In this document: positions 1 through 8,123 of the stretch, one piece after another | Numbering within the stretch: the first letter of the stretch is position 1 | How the letters are laid out: each line of letters starts with the position of its first letter | Source: an uncultured Chloroflexia bacterium | Lineage (GTDB): Bacteria > Chloroflexota > Anaerolineae > Anaerolineales > Anaerolineaceae | Length of the DNA stretch: 32,000 nucleotides | Assembly: GCA_963704755.1 (NCBI GenBank) | Contig: OY969938.1 | Location: 4,170,001-4,202,000 of the forward strand | Direction of reading: 5' to 3' | Notes under the pieces: model-generated | The model's database searches: none | What the model saw: the letters and a program-made list of their open reading frames with translations, nothing else | What the model was told of the DNA's origin: nothing | Made by a program: the position numbers and the translations under genes

Positions 1-536
1 GAATACCCGGGGGTCATCGCCCTGGCGCCGGTGGTGGTTTGCTGGTGGCCGATCATGACCTTGGCCAGGCCGAAATCGACCAACGAGATCTGGCCCTGCG
101 GGGTAATTTTGATATTTCCTGGTTTAATATCCCGGTGGATGATGGGCGGCGTGCGGGTGTGCAGGTAAGTCAGGGCGTCGCAAATGGCCGAGCCGATCAG
201 TATCACTTCCGACTCGGGCAAGGTCTCGCAGCGCTCGATGCGCTGGCGCAGGTCCTCGCCATCGATGTAATCCATGATCAGATACTGGCCCTGCCCAGGA
301 ATCGTAAAATAATCGCCGACCCGGGGCAGATAAGGATGCCTTAAACTAGCAAGGATGTTCGCTTCTCTTTGGAATTGGCGTGAATACTCGTCTGTAAGGA
401 AAAGGTTCTCCTTGACCGCTACGAATATTCCTAAATTCTCATCCGTTGCTTTATAGACAGCCCCCATCCCACCCTGGCCCAGGATGGATACTATTTTGTA
501 GCGGTTTGAGAGGACAGTCCCTGGTGCGAGCGCCAT
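1..536 (-). CDS. Serine/threonine protein kinase, N-terminal catalytic domain (partial; the gene continues past the window start)
   Basis: Absent from the ORF track because it runs off the edge. My minus-strand translation from ATG 536-534 reads MALAPGTVLSNRYKIVSILGQGGMGAVYKATDENLGIFVAVKE (Gly-loop plus VAVK lysine). It continues with IIHRDIKPGNIKI (catalytic loop, nt ~100-143) and LVDFGLAKVMIGHQQTTTGARAMTPGY (DFG/activation segment, nt 1-~95). These are Hanks-type kinase signatures. Confidence 0.9.
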   Translation of the reverse strand, partial: MALAPGTVLSNRYKIVSILGQGGMGAVYKATDENLGIFVAVKENLFLTDEYSRQFQREANILASLRHPYLPRVGDYFTIPGQGQYLIMDYIDGEDLRQRIERCETLPESEVILIGSAICDALTYLHTRTPPIIHRDIKPGNIKITPQGQISLVDFGLAKVMIGHQQTTTGARAMTPGY

Positions 537-780
537 TGTATTTGATTGTACTCAATATAAAAAGGATACGCAACGAGTTTGATCTCGGATCCCAGTAGTT
601 AGCAAAAATGATAGGTTAATGCTTGGTCAAACCAAAGATCAAAAAGACAGGCAAAAAAGTGAACGGAACAGTCTGCCGCAAATAAATTATTGGGATATGC
701 TGACCGCTCTAGCCGTTCGAGAAATTTAGGATATACATATCCCCGGTCGATATTATAATCCATGGTGCGATAAATTGACG

Positions 781-789
781 TGCTATAAT
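781..789 (+). promoter_or_regulatory. Candidate extended -10 promoter element (TGCTATAAT) for the TP-repeat protein gene
   Basis: A TGnTATAAT match lies 34 nt upstream of ATG 823 in an AT-rich spacer. No convincing -35 element was seen. Sequence pattern only. Confidence 0.3.
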
Positions 790-822
790 CACCTTCAGTA
801 ATTTTCAGGTATTCGTTCTAAC

Positions 823-1881
823 ATGAACCTCGATATTCGCACTGCAGTTCAAACAACTTTTATCATTCTGCTGGTCATTGCATTTCTCAGCATATTCGTC
901 GGTATCCGGACGATTCGTTCCGGCCGGAAACTTTTATATTATCGCAAGCGCCGTGAACGGACGAACCAGGGTTGGCGGGCAGTCTTGATGGCTTTTGTTT
1001 TGGTGGGGGTCAGTATTGCCGTACGCCGCTATGCTGAGCCGGTTGCTTACCGATATTTTCCGCCGACGGCAACCGTTACCCAGACGCCCACTATCACCCT
1101 GACGCCGACGATTACCCTGACGCCGACCATTACCCTGACGCCGACCATTACGTTGACGCCCGAGTTCTCCTCTACGCCCCAACTCCCGACCGATATTGCC
1201 GGTGAAATTGTCACGACCGTAACTCCGAATCCGGATGCTGTCTTCAGCGCGGTGGTGCTATCCAAGGATATCGATGACAACTTCCAACCGATCGACCCGG
1301 CGACCGAATTCGATAACCCGGTTGGCACGCTGTACGGAACCTTCAGTTACAACAACATGACCGAAGGGTCCCAGTGGACGGTGATTTGGGTCCGTATGGC
1401 GGACCGGGCCGTCATTTGTTCCGAGTCCAACCCTTGGGACGGGAGCACCGGTGGGTATGGCTATGTCGAATGCAGCCCTGATTCGGATCAGTGGATGCCA
1501 GGCGAGTACCAGGTGCAAATCTTTGTCGGCACCCAATGGTCGAGCTCGGGTGAATTTTCGGTGCTGGGCGAGCCGCCCACCCCGACGATTACGCAAACCC
1601 CCACGCGTACGCCGACCACTTCGCCAACCATTACGCTAACTCCCAGCATCACCCCCACACCCAGCATTACGTCTACGGCCAGCCTTACTCTGACACCCAG
1701 CGACACGGTGACGCGTACCCCGACCCGGACGTTAACGCCGTCCCGGACGCCGACACCTACCCTGACCCGCACCCCGACCAACACCTATACTCCCAGCCGG
1801 ACGCCGACCATCACGCGCACGCCTACCAAAACGGCCACCCCGCGCCCGTCCGATACGCGCTGGCCCTCGCCAACGCCTTAA
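823..1881 (+). CDS. Membrane-anchored protein with Thr/Pro-rich repeat linkers flanking a Cys-containing globular domain (function unknown)
   Basis: ORF-track protein of 352 aa. It has an N-terminal TM helix (FIILLVIAFLSIFVGI), a TPTITL x4 linker, a ~150-aa non-repetitive domain, then a long C-terminal T/P/S/R-rich tail. It is divergent from the Ser/Thr kinase. Confidence 0.7.
   Translation: MNLDIRTAVQTTFIILLVIAFLSIFVGIRTIRSGRKLLYYRKRRERTNQGWRAVLMAFVLVGVSIAVRRYAEPVAYRYFPPTATVTQTPTITLTPTITLTPTITLTPTITLTPEFSSTPQLPTDIAGEIVTTVTPNPDAVFSAVVLSKDIDDNFQPIDPATEFDNPVGTLYGTFSYNNMTEGSQWTVIWVRMADRAVICSESNPWDGSTGGYGYVECSPDSDQWMPGEYQVQIFVGTQWSSSGEFSVLGEPPTPTITQTPTRTPTTSPTITLTPSITPTPSITSTASLTLTPSDTVTRTPTRTLTPSRTPTPTLTRTPTNTYTPSRTPTITRTPTKTATPRPSDTRWPSPTP
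1084..1155 (+). repeat. In-frame 18-bp tandem repeat x4 (ACGCCSACSATYACSYTG, encoding TPTITL)
   Basis: Read directly: units at 1084-1101, 1102-1119, 1120-1137 and 1138-1155 differ only at synonymous or near-synonymous positions. Confidence 0.9.
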
Positions 1882-1910
1882 TTTTGGCTTTTTATATATC
1901 AGGATTCATT

Positions 1911-2022
1911 GTGACTGCTCAGCCTGGCGGGGAAAAAAACCGAATTTGAGGTGCATGCGGGGGCTCCGCCCCCGCATGCACCTCAAATTCGGGAACTTCT
2001 TAACAGGAGCCTGAGTAGTTAC
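1911..2022. mobile_element. MITE-like nested-palindrome element, copy A (112 bp)
   Basis: Termini are GTGACTGCTCAGCC...GGAGCCTGAGTAGTTAC. The central hairpin 1940-1992 has a perfect 25-bp stem (CCGAATTTGAGGTGCATGCGGGGGC, loop TCC). The flanking 8-mers GATTCATT and AATTCTTT match 6/8. It shares its architecture with copies B, D and H. Confidence 0.7.
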
Positions 2023-2031
2023 AATTCTTTT

Positions 2032-2982
2032 TTAAATAACCAGGTTTTCGTACAGCATTTCCAGGGTCAGGTTAGGCACAACTGCGCCGGAAACAGTCAG
2101 GGTCATCGACGCAGCGGTGACACCCAGGCGAATGGCTTCATCGAGGTCCAGGTCGTTGAGCAGGGCGAAAATCGCCGTGGCCGTCATCGCATCCCCCGCA
2201 CCGGTGCTGTCCTTGATTTTGGTCAACATGGCCGGGACGTGCCCGCTGGTCTCGGAGGAGGCGTAACAAACACCCGCTTCGGCAATCTGGATCACGGCGA
2301 TGCCGGTGCCCTGGCGGACCAGTTCACGGGCCGCCTGTGAAGCGCTGGTGCGCCCGGTCACGGTGACCTGGTTCTCGAGCAGTACATTCGTTTCGGTGCG
2401 GTTCGCGGTCAGCATCGCGATTTCTGGGATATACGGGCGCAAGCCGGCCGCCAGCGATGTCGAGGTGGCATCGGCAAAGACGGAAACTTTGGCGCGTTTG
2501 GCCAGGGAGAATACGGTTTTCAAGGCAGCCGGGGTCAAATTGGAGTCGGTGAAGATCACACTGGCTCCTTTGAACAGGTCGAAACGGTCCCGAAGCACCT
2601 GGGGGGTGATGCAGGTGGACACGGCAATATCGTCCAGGGCGTAGTTCAAATCGCCATCTTCGTTCAAGACCGCCAGGTAAGCCCCGGTGCGGTAATCTTC
2701 CACCCGCAGGCAAGGGCTGACGTCCACTCCGGCGGCGGCGGCTTGATTAAGGATCTGCCGGCCGATAAAATCGTTGCCGACGGCGCTGATCAGGCGCACG
2801 GGCTGGCCGAGCCGTGCCAGGGTCTCGGCAATATTGCGGGCTACACCGCCATACGAGGTGGTTACTTTAGCCGGATTGGAAGTCCCTGGTTCAGGGAGGC
2901 TGGCCGGGCGGCCAACTACGTCCAGGGTTGCAGTGCCGATCACGAGAACCGGCTTGTCCTTTTGGAAATGGGAAATATCCAT
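2032..2982 (-). CDS. PfkB-family carbohydrate/nucleoside kinase (ribokinase fold; pseudouridine-kinase-like)
   Basis: 316 aa. It has an N-terminal VIGTATLDV motif, GGVARNIAETLARLG, and the C-terminal PfkB signature DSTGAGDAMTA. Confidence 0.85.
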   Translation of the reverse strand: MDISHFQKDKPVLVIGTATLDVVGRPASLPEPGTSNPAKVTTSYGGVARNIAETLARLGQPVRLISAVGNDFIGRQILNQAAAAGVDVSPCLRVEDYRTGAYLAVLNEDGDLNYALDDIAVSTCITPQVLRDRFDLFKGASVIFTDSNLTPAALKTVFSLAKRAKVSVFADATSTSLAAGLRPYIPEIAMLTANRTETNVLLENQVTVTGRTSASQAARELVRQGTGIAVIQIAEAGVCYASSETSGHVPAMLTKIKDSTGAGDAMTATAIFALLNDLDLDEAIRLGVTAASMTLTVSGAVVPNLTLEMLYENLVI

Positions 2983-3166
2983 AGCGATCCTGTTCTTTTG
3001 TCCTTGAACCGTAAGAGATGGTAGGAATTTTACCAGAAGCGCAGGTCAAACATCGCGCCGGGCCGGGATAAAGCGGGTGATTTATGTCACCAACCGGGAA
3101 ATTCTTTACGTTTAGGTAAAAATAGCCCCTGGCTGGATTGGTGTATATGATTTTCTTATCTCCTTA

Positions 3167-3175
3167 TGCTAAAAT
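3167..3175 (+). promoter_or_regulatory. Candidate extended -10 element (TGCTAAAAT) upstream of the proline dehydrogenase gene
   Basis: A TGnTAAAAT match lies 46 nt upstream of ATG 3221. Sequence pattern only. Confidence 0.3.
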
Positions 3176-3220
3176 CAATTTACTTGCGGGAAAATCCTTC
3201 CGAGGAGAAACCAACTAAAT

Positions 3221-4180
3221 ATGTTGCGCTCTTTCTTCATTGCTCTTTCGAAAGCGGCCTGGGCTCAACGGACCATCACCCATTGGAAGTTCGCCTGGCG
3301 GGCGGCCTCGCGGTTTATCGCCAGCGAGCGTGTGGATGAAGCCCTCGAAGTAGTCAAGCAATTGAATGGCCAGGGAATTTTTGCTACCCTGGACCACCTG
3401 GGGGAGAACACAACCTCATTGGCTGAAGCACAGCAGGCTACCGATGAGATTGTGGCCATCCTGGAGGCGATTGCGGCGCAAGGGTTACGTTCGAACGTCT
3501 CCGTCAAGCTGTCGCAATTGGGCCTGAGCCTGGATCCGCAGGCGGCGTACCAAAACCTGAAGCGTATCCTGGACGAAGCCCGCCTGCACAAAAACTTCAT
3601 CCGGGTGGACATGGAAGATTCGGCCGTTTGCCAGGTGACCCTGGATCTGGTCCGGCAGGCGCGAGAAGACGGCTATGACAACGTGGGCACGGTAATCCAG
3701 TCTTACCTCTTTCGCAGCGAGCAGGACGTGCATGACCTGGCCGCTCACAGGATTCCGGTAAGGTTGGTGAAAGGCGCCTACAAAGAACCGGCCCAGGTCG
3801 CTTACCCGCGCAAAAAAGATGTCGATGACAGCTTCGATCGCCTGACCAATATCCTGATCCAGGCTGAAATGGAGAGTAGGCAAGGAGATCTCCGCCCGGA
3901 TGGTCATTTCCCGCCGCTGACCGCGGTGGGCAGCCATGACTTGAACCGTATCCGCCTGGCCGAGGAAACCGCGGCCAGGGTTGGCCTACCCAAAGAGGCC
4001 TTGGAATTCCAGATGCTGTATGGCATCCGGCGCGATTTGCAGCGTGAGCTGGTCGAAAAGGGTTACCCGGTGCGCGTGTACGTGCCCTTTGGGACGCGTT
4101 GGTACCCTTATTTCATGCGCAGGCTGGCCGAACGGCCGGCCAATGTATGGTTCTTTATCTCGAATTATTTCCAGGGCTAA
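3221..4180 (+). CDS. Proline dehydrogenase (monofunctional PRODH)
   Basis: 319 aa with motifs VKLSQLGL, IRVDMEDS, VIQSYLFRSEQD, RLVKGAYKEP, GSHD, EFQMLYGIR and a C-terminal YVPFG..WYPYFMRRLAERPANVWFF. Confidence 0.9.
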   Translation: MLRSFFIALSKAAWAQRTITHWKFAWRAASRFIASERVDEALEVVKQLNGQGIFATLDHLGENTTSLAEAQQATDEIVAILEAIAAQGLRSNVSVKLSQLGLSLDPQAAYQNLKRILDEARLHKNFIRVDMEDSAVCQVTLDLVRQAREDGYDNVGTVIQSYLFRSEQDVHDLAAHRIPVRLVKGAYKEPAQVAYPRKKDVDDSFDRLTNILIQAEMESRQGDLRPDGHFPPLTAVGSHDLNRIRLAEETAARVGLPKEALEFQMLYGIRRDLQRELVEKGYPVRVYVPFGTRWYPYFMRRLAERPANVWFFISNYFQG

Positions 4181-4192
4181 AAGCAAACCATT

Positions 4193-4927
4193 ATGCCGGA
4201 AGAATCAACTCGTCCCCTGGCAGTCGTGACCGGCGCATCGCTGCGGATTGGTAAGGCGATTGCGTTGGAATTGGCCGCCCGGGGATATGCCATTGGCCTG
4301 CACTACCATACCTCGCAAAGCGCTGCTCAACAAACCGCAGCGGAAATCGAAGCCCTGGGCAGCCGGGCCATTTTGCTCGAAGCCGATTTGGGCGACCCGG
4401 CTCAAATCGAGCGGATTTTCGCACAGGTCGCTGCGATTCCGGGGAAGTTAGGCGTTCTGGTCAACTCGGCCTCGTCGATGCCTGCCGGGGACCTGCGCGA
4501 AACGACCCTGGAGGAATGGGACCGGGTGCTGGATTTGAACTTGCGCGCCCCCTGGCTGTGCGCTAAGGCAGCGGCGCACCTGATGGAAGATTCTGGCGGG
4601 GTTATCATCAATATTACCGACAGCAGCCTGCAAAAGGCCTGGGCCAAATACCCGCTCTATCAAATCAGCAAGACCGGGCTGGAAGCGCTGACCCGCAGCC
4701 TGGCGCGGACACTGGCCCCGGCCATCCGGGTCAATGCGGTGGCGCCGGGCCTGATCCAACCCGCGGATGGTTTTCCCGAAGAGGAATGGCAGCGCCTGGC
4801 CGGACGCACACCACTGGGCCGAACGGGCAGCCCGCAGGCGGTCGCCCAGGCGGTCGCATTCCTGATCGAAAACGGCTACATTACCGGCGAAACCCTGGCC
4901 GTGGATGGTGGCTATCGCTTAACCTGA
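4193..4927 (+). CDS. SDR-family oxidoreductase (pteridine-reductase-like short-chain dehydrogenase)
   Basis: 244 aa. It has the TGASLRIGKAIALELA Rossmann motif, YxxxK (YQISK) and a VNAVAPG segment. Confidence 0.85.
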   Translation: MPEESTRPLAVVTGASLRIGKAIALELAARGYAIGLHYHTSQSAAQQTAAEIEALGSRAILLEADLGDPAQIERIFAQVAAIPGKLGVLVNSASSMPAGDLRETTLEEWDRVLDLNLRAPWLCAKAAAHLMEDSGGVIINITDSSLQKAWAKYPLYQISKTGLEALTRSLARTLAPAIRVNAVAPGLIQPADGFPEEEWQRLAGRTPLGRTGSPQAVAQAVAFLIENGYITGETLAVDGGYRLT

Positions 4928-4946
4928 TAGTACAATTGATTTTGCT

Positions 4947-5426
4947 ATGAAAAAATTCTTGCAGACACCGCTCGGGGAATTCCTGAGAATATCACAACCG
5001 GTCACATTGTTTCTGGGTCTGTTTTTCTACAGCCTGGGAGCAGGAGTAATCATCTATCGCGGTGGGATTGTCGATTGGGCCATTTTTTGGATTGGCCTGA
5101 TGAGCGTCCTTTTGCTGCAGTTGACTGCGATTTATCTGAATGCGTTTTTCTCGCGCATGCGTATTCCGCGCACCCAAAAGCCGGATGACCATCGCAATAA
5201 CCTCGATAACCCGAATAACTCTTCGCGAAACGGTTTCTTGTTGGCTGCGGTGTCGTCTCTGACGGCCGTGGCCATGCTGACCGTGCTGCTGAATGCCCGC
5301 GGGGCAATTTCGCTTTCTTCGGCTTTACTGTTTGGTTTGGCTTTGGTGTTGATTTTCGCTTACGCCGTACCGCCATTCCGGTTGATCTACTCGGGATACG
5401 GCGAGCTGGTCCAGGGGCTGTTTTAA
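4947..5426 (+). CDS. UbiA-superfamily-like polytopic membrane protein, fragment 1 of 2 (interrupted at the G-run 5414-5417)
   Basis: 159 aa with several TM helices. It ends ...VPPFRLIYSGYGELVQGLF*, and the sensible continuation (AVLTILIPALGYLLQ...) is in the -1 frame. The family call rests on overall topology and the PPxRL...GxGE pattern, so it is only moderately secure. Confidence 0.55.
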   Translation: MKKFLQTPLGEFLRISQPVTLFLGLFFYSLGAGVIIYRGGIVDWAIFWIGLMSVLLLQLTAIYLNAFFSRMRIPRTQKPDDHRNNLDNPNNSSRNGFLLAAVSSLTAVAMLTVLLNARGAISLSSALLFGLALVLIFAYAVPPFRLIYSGYGELVQGLF

Positions 5427-5482
5427 CCATCCTGATCCCGGCCCTCGGGTACCTTCTGCAGGATGCGAACCTGTTCCAGGCG

Positions 5483-5860
5483 TTGGGTATGTTTACCTTC
5501 CCGCTGCTGGCTTTGTACCTGGCCATGGCGCTGGCGCTATCCCTGGAGACATACTTCACCGAGATCAAGGCCGGCCGGCAGAACCTGATGGTCCGCCTGG
5601 GCTGGCAGCGCGGCATGACGCTGCACAATATGCTCATTCTTTTCGCTTTTCTGTTGATCGGCCTGGGACCGCTGGCTAATTTCTCCTGGTCGCTCACCTG
5701 GCCGCGTTTACTGGCTTTTCCCGTGGGTCTGTTCCAGATATGGCAGATCTGGCAAATTGGCAACGGTGCACGCACCCAATGGCGTTTGCTGCGAGTCACT
5801 GCCCTGGCCACCTTCGGGATCAGCCTGTACTTGACTGTATTCATGCTCTGGTTAGGATAA
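5483..5860 (+). CDS. UbiA-superfamily-like membrane protein, fragment 2 of 2
   Basis: The ORF-track ORF starts at TTG 5483. The same frame is open well upstream, and from 5417 it reads GAVLTILIPALGYLLQDANLFQALGMFTFPLL... It contains LETYFTEIKAGRQNLMVRLG where UbiA enzymes carry the second Asp-rich motif followed by ...TLxVRLG. Confidence 0.55.
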   Translation: MGMFTFPLLALYLAMALALSLETYFTEIKAGRQNLMVRLGWQRGMTLHNMLILFAFLLIGLGPLANFSWSLTWPRLLAFPVGLFQIWQIWQIGNGARTQWRLLRVTALATFGISLYLTVFMLWLG

Positions 5861-6001
5861 GCCAGGGCTTGAAACGATCCGCCGGAAACGGTAAGATTAC
5901 AGCGTTAAAACGGTGTCACCTGCCTATCCTGGCCAGGATGAATATTCAGGGGGCGCCGCTAAAAATAAACAATTCTAGTGAACCTACCAAAGGAGGTTTC
6001 T

Positions 6002-6460
6002 GTGTTATTAGAAATTAACTCCCCTGCGCCGGATTTTTCCCTCGAAGATGAGACGGGAAAAGTGCACACGCTGTCAGAATTCAGGGGCAAACCGGTTGTT
6101 TTATACTTTTACCCCAAAGATGATACCCCCGGTTGTACAACCGAGGCTTGCAGCTTCCGCGATGATTACGATACTTATACCGAAGCAGGTGTAACGATCC
6201 TGGGCGTAAGTCCTGATTCGGTCAGCTCGCACGCGAAGTTCAAACAAAAATATAACCTGCCTTTCTCTCTATTGGCGGATACCGGTCACAAGATCTGTGA
6301 TGAATACGGAACATGGGGCCGGAAAAAGTTTATGGGTAAGGAATACGACGGCGTTTTGAGGACCACATACCTGATCGGTGCGGATGGGAATATATTGAAG
6401 GTATTCCCGGATGTCAAACCGGCCGGTCATTCCATGCAAGTCCTGGAAGCGGTAAAGTAA
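6002..6460 (+). CDS. bcp: Thiol peroxidase / peroxiredoxin Bcp
   Basis: Motifs are APDFSL, GKPVVLYFYPKDDTPGCTTEAC (peroxidatic Cys) and LGVSPDS. I prefer GTG 6002 over the track start 5978, because AGGAGG at 5991-5996 sits 5 nt upstream of it. Confidence 0.9.
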   Translation: MLLEINSPAPDFSLEDETGKVHTLSEFRGKPVVLYFYPKDDTPGCTTEACSFRDDYDTYTEAGVTILGVSPDSVSSHAKFKQKYNLPFSLLADTGHKICDEYGTWGRKKFMGKEYDGVLRTTYLIGADGNILKVFPDVKPAGHSMQVLEAVK

Positions 6461-6471
6461 CTTGTAAAATC

Positions 6472-6505
6472 AGAACAGGCCTGCGGTTCTATGCAGGCCT
6501 GTTCT
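6472..6505. terminator. Hairpin terminator after bcp (13-bp stem AGAACAGGCCTGC, 8-nt loop)
   Basis: A perfect inverted repeat was read directly, 12 nt after the bcp stop. It lacks a clean T-tract, so its efficiency is uncertain. Confidence 0.55.
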
Positions 6506-6515
6506 TCAAGAGGAA

Positions 6516-6562
6516 GTCACTACTCAGGCTAGTTCGGAAATTTTGGGTAGCTGAGTAATTAC
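6516..6562. mobile_element. MITE-like element, miniature copy F (47 bp, central hairpin absent)
   Basis: GTCACTACTCAGGCT...GTAGCTGAGTAATTAC. The flanking 8-mers are AAGAGGAA (6508-6515) and AAGAGGAG (6563-6570), matching 7/8. Confidence 0.55.
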
Positions 6563-6661
6563 AAGAGGAGAAGAATTGTGGGGGAAAGAAGCACTTACCG
6601 GTAAAAAGTTAGGGATTATCGCGAAGAGGATAGGTCCCGGTTATCCTGATTCGCGTAGTTT

Positions 6662-7222
6662 TCAGCCGGTCTGCAAGGCCGCGTGCGGCCGTAACTGGCA
6701 GGCAATCGCCTTGGGAAGCGGCAAAGCTGCATTGAAGGTGATCACTTCCGCGTCGATAGCTTTTTGGCCCAGGGTGGCTGCCACTGAAATGCGATGGTGG
6801 CCATCGCGGATGAAATAGTAATCGCCGATCTGGATCAGTTCCACCGGGGGCAGCGGGCAGCCGCTTAAGTACGCCTGTGCAAGGGCAACCCAGCGGTCCC
6901 GAGAGGCCATTCTAACCGGGTGGAAGTTGAGGTCGAAATCTTGTTTGCGCCCTTCGCTGCCGATGATCAGGTCGATGGGCACAGCCTTGAAACCGCTGTA
7001 ATAACTGCCCTGGACGTGCAGTCCAGCCTTCACTTCATTGAGGTCCAGCAGCCACATGGGCTGGCGTAAGATCATCGCTTTGAAGCGGGTGATTTTGCCA
7101 TGTTCCAGGGTACTGCGGAAGAAATTCATAGCCGACATTAACTGGCGTTGGCGGATGGCTTTCTCACTGTTTTGAAAGTCATTTATCTCTATTTCTAATA
7201 GGTTGGTCTTGAAATCGATCAT
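6662..7222 (-). CDS. ParB/Srx-fold (ParB-like nuclease domain) protein
   Basis: 186 aa. The C-terminal half contains ELIQIGDYYFIRDGHHRISVAATLGQKAIDAEV, with the DGHHR box typical of ParB N-terminal/sulfiredoxin-fold domains. I do not recognise the N-terminal ~100 aa. An AGGAGA RBS lies 7 nt upstream of ATG 7222. Confidence 0.7.
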   Translation of the reverse strand: MIDFKTNLLEIEINDFQNSEKAIRQRQLMSAMNFFRSTLEHGKITRFKAMILRQPMWLLDLNEVKAGLHVQGSYYSGFKAVPIDLIIGSEGRKQDFDLNFHPVRMASRDRWVALAQAYLSGCPLPPVELIQIGDYYFIRDGHHRISVAATLGQKAIDAEVITFNAALPLPKAIACQLRPHAALQTG

Positions 7223-7251
7223 GGCCGTTCTCCTGTTTTTATTTCAAGATC

Positions 7252-7288
7252 GTAACTACTCCCCTACTGAACTTGCCTGAGCTGTTAC
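7252..7288. mobile_element. MITE-like element, miniature copy G (37 bp)
   Basis: GTAACTACTCCCCTACTGAACTTGCCTGAGCTGTTAC is flanked by a perfect 8-bp direct repeat TCAAGATC (7244-7251 and 7289-7296). Confidence 0.65.
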
Positions 7289-7390
7289 TCAAGATCATTA
7301 TAGGGTTTGGGCTGTTAAACAACCCCCGCCATCTGGTCGGTCTGACCATGGACGGCGGGGGAGGGTTTATCCTGGCCGAATGGACAGGCC

Positions 7391-8056
7391 CTAGGGAGTG
7401 GCTTCGGCCCGGGCGCGGATGCCCAGCATCATTTTGCGTTCCATAATAAAGCTGACCAGGCTGAAGGCCCGGCTTACCTGGCCGGAAAACCCGGGAGTAT
7501 CCACAGTGCGGGTGCGCACGACCAGGCGGGTGGATCCGTCCGGTTGGCCGGTTAAAGCGAATTGCCAGGTGCTGGTGCATGGCTCGGGGAGTTGGTCCTC
7601 CATGCCAAAACAGGCGACCAGTTGGTTGGGCGCTTGCATCGATATGACGTAAGCGCCTGGGCCGGGTTTGACGAAATAATCCGTGGGGGTAAAGCGAATA
7701 AAATCGCCGGCCGCAAGGCCCTGCCATTTGGCCTGGATTTCAGCGGTCGAGTGGACTTTAAGGCCGATCAGGTTTTCGAGGGCGTCATAACTGTACATGC
7801 CGCCGCGGTCCACGCCGAGCTGGACCAGCCAGGCCCACACCTGTTCGGGTGGCGCTTGAATGGTCAGGGCATGAGTGACCTGGGTGACCGGCTGAACGAT
7901 GAGTTCGTCACCGGGCATGGCGGCGCTTACTTCAGCGTCAGTTGCGCCCCAGTGGGCACTCCAGGGCAAGACGACCAGGTAGACCAGTCCAACCAGGACA
8001 ATCAATACGCCCAAAATTATGGCAAGGGTCGTAAAAAACGGGTGGTGTTTCATCAT
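7391..8056 (-). CDS. SRPBCC-superfamily (START/polyketide-cyclase-like) protein with an N-terminal TM anchor
   Basis: 221 aa. It has an N-terminal TM helix, then HALTIQAPPEQVWAWLVQLGVDRGGMYSYDALEN, which is typical of SRPBCC ligand-binding-fold proteins. Confidence 0.65.
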   Translation of the reverse strand: MMKHHPFFTTLAIILGVLIVLVGLVYLVVLPWSAHWGATDAEVSAAMPGDELIVQPVTQVTHALTIQAPPEQVWAWLVQLGVDRGGMYSYDALENLIGLKVHSTAEIQAKWQGLAAGDFIRFTPTDYFVKPGPGAYVISMQAPNQLVACFGMEDQLPEPCTSTWQFALTGQPDGSTRLVVRTRTVDTPGFSGQVSRAFSLVSFIMERKMMLGIRARAEATP

Positions 8057-8123
8057 TTTCTCTTGTTTTCTGTTGCAAGCAACCAGGAGGCACGCTCAAA
8101 AATGGTTTTTGTCATTTGAAGGA

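Noticed and set aside
549-600. ...GTACTCAAT...GGATCCCAGTAGTTAGC upstream of the kinase gene, a possible degenerate MITE copy (right-end match 9/12).
   Set aside because: The left end requires gaps, the boundaries are unclear and there is no duplication. It is too weak to call.
1951-2340. 129-aa plus-strand ORF starting in the copy A hairpin (MHAGAPPPHAPQIREL...).
   Set aside because: It starts inside a palindrome and then runs antisense through the PfkB gene, so it is an artefact.
6516-7288. Integron-cassette reading: the ParB-like ORF flanked by imperfect palindromes that resemble attC sites.
   Set aside because: The termini GTAAC/GTTAC do not fit the attC R''/R' consensus (RYYYAAC/GTTRRRY). 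Each element has its own 8-bp duplication, which indicates transposition rather than site-specific recombination. No intI is present, and the same elements occur among housekeeping genes elsewhere.
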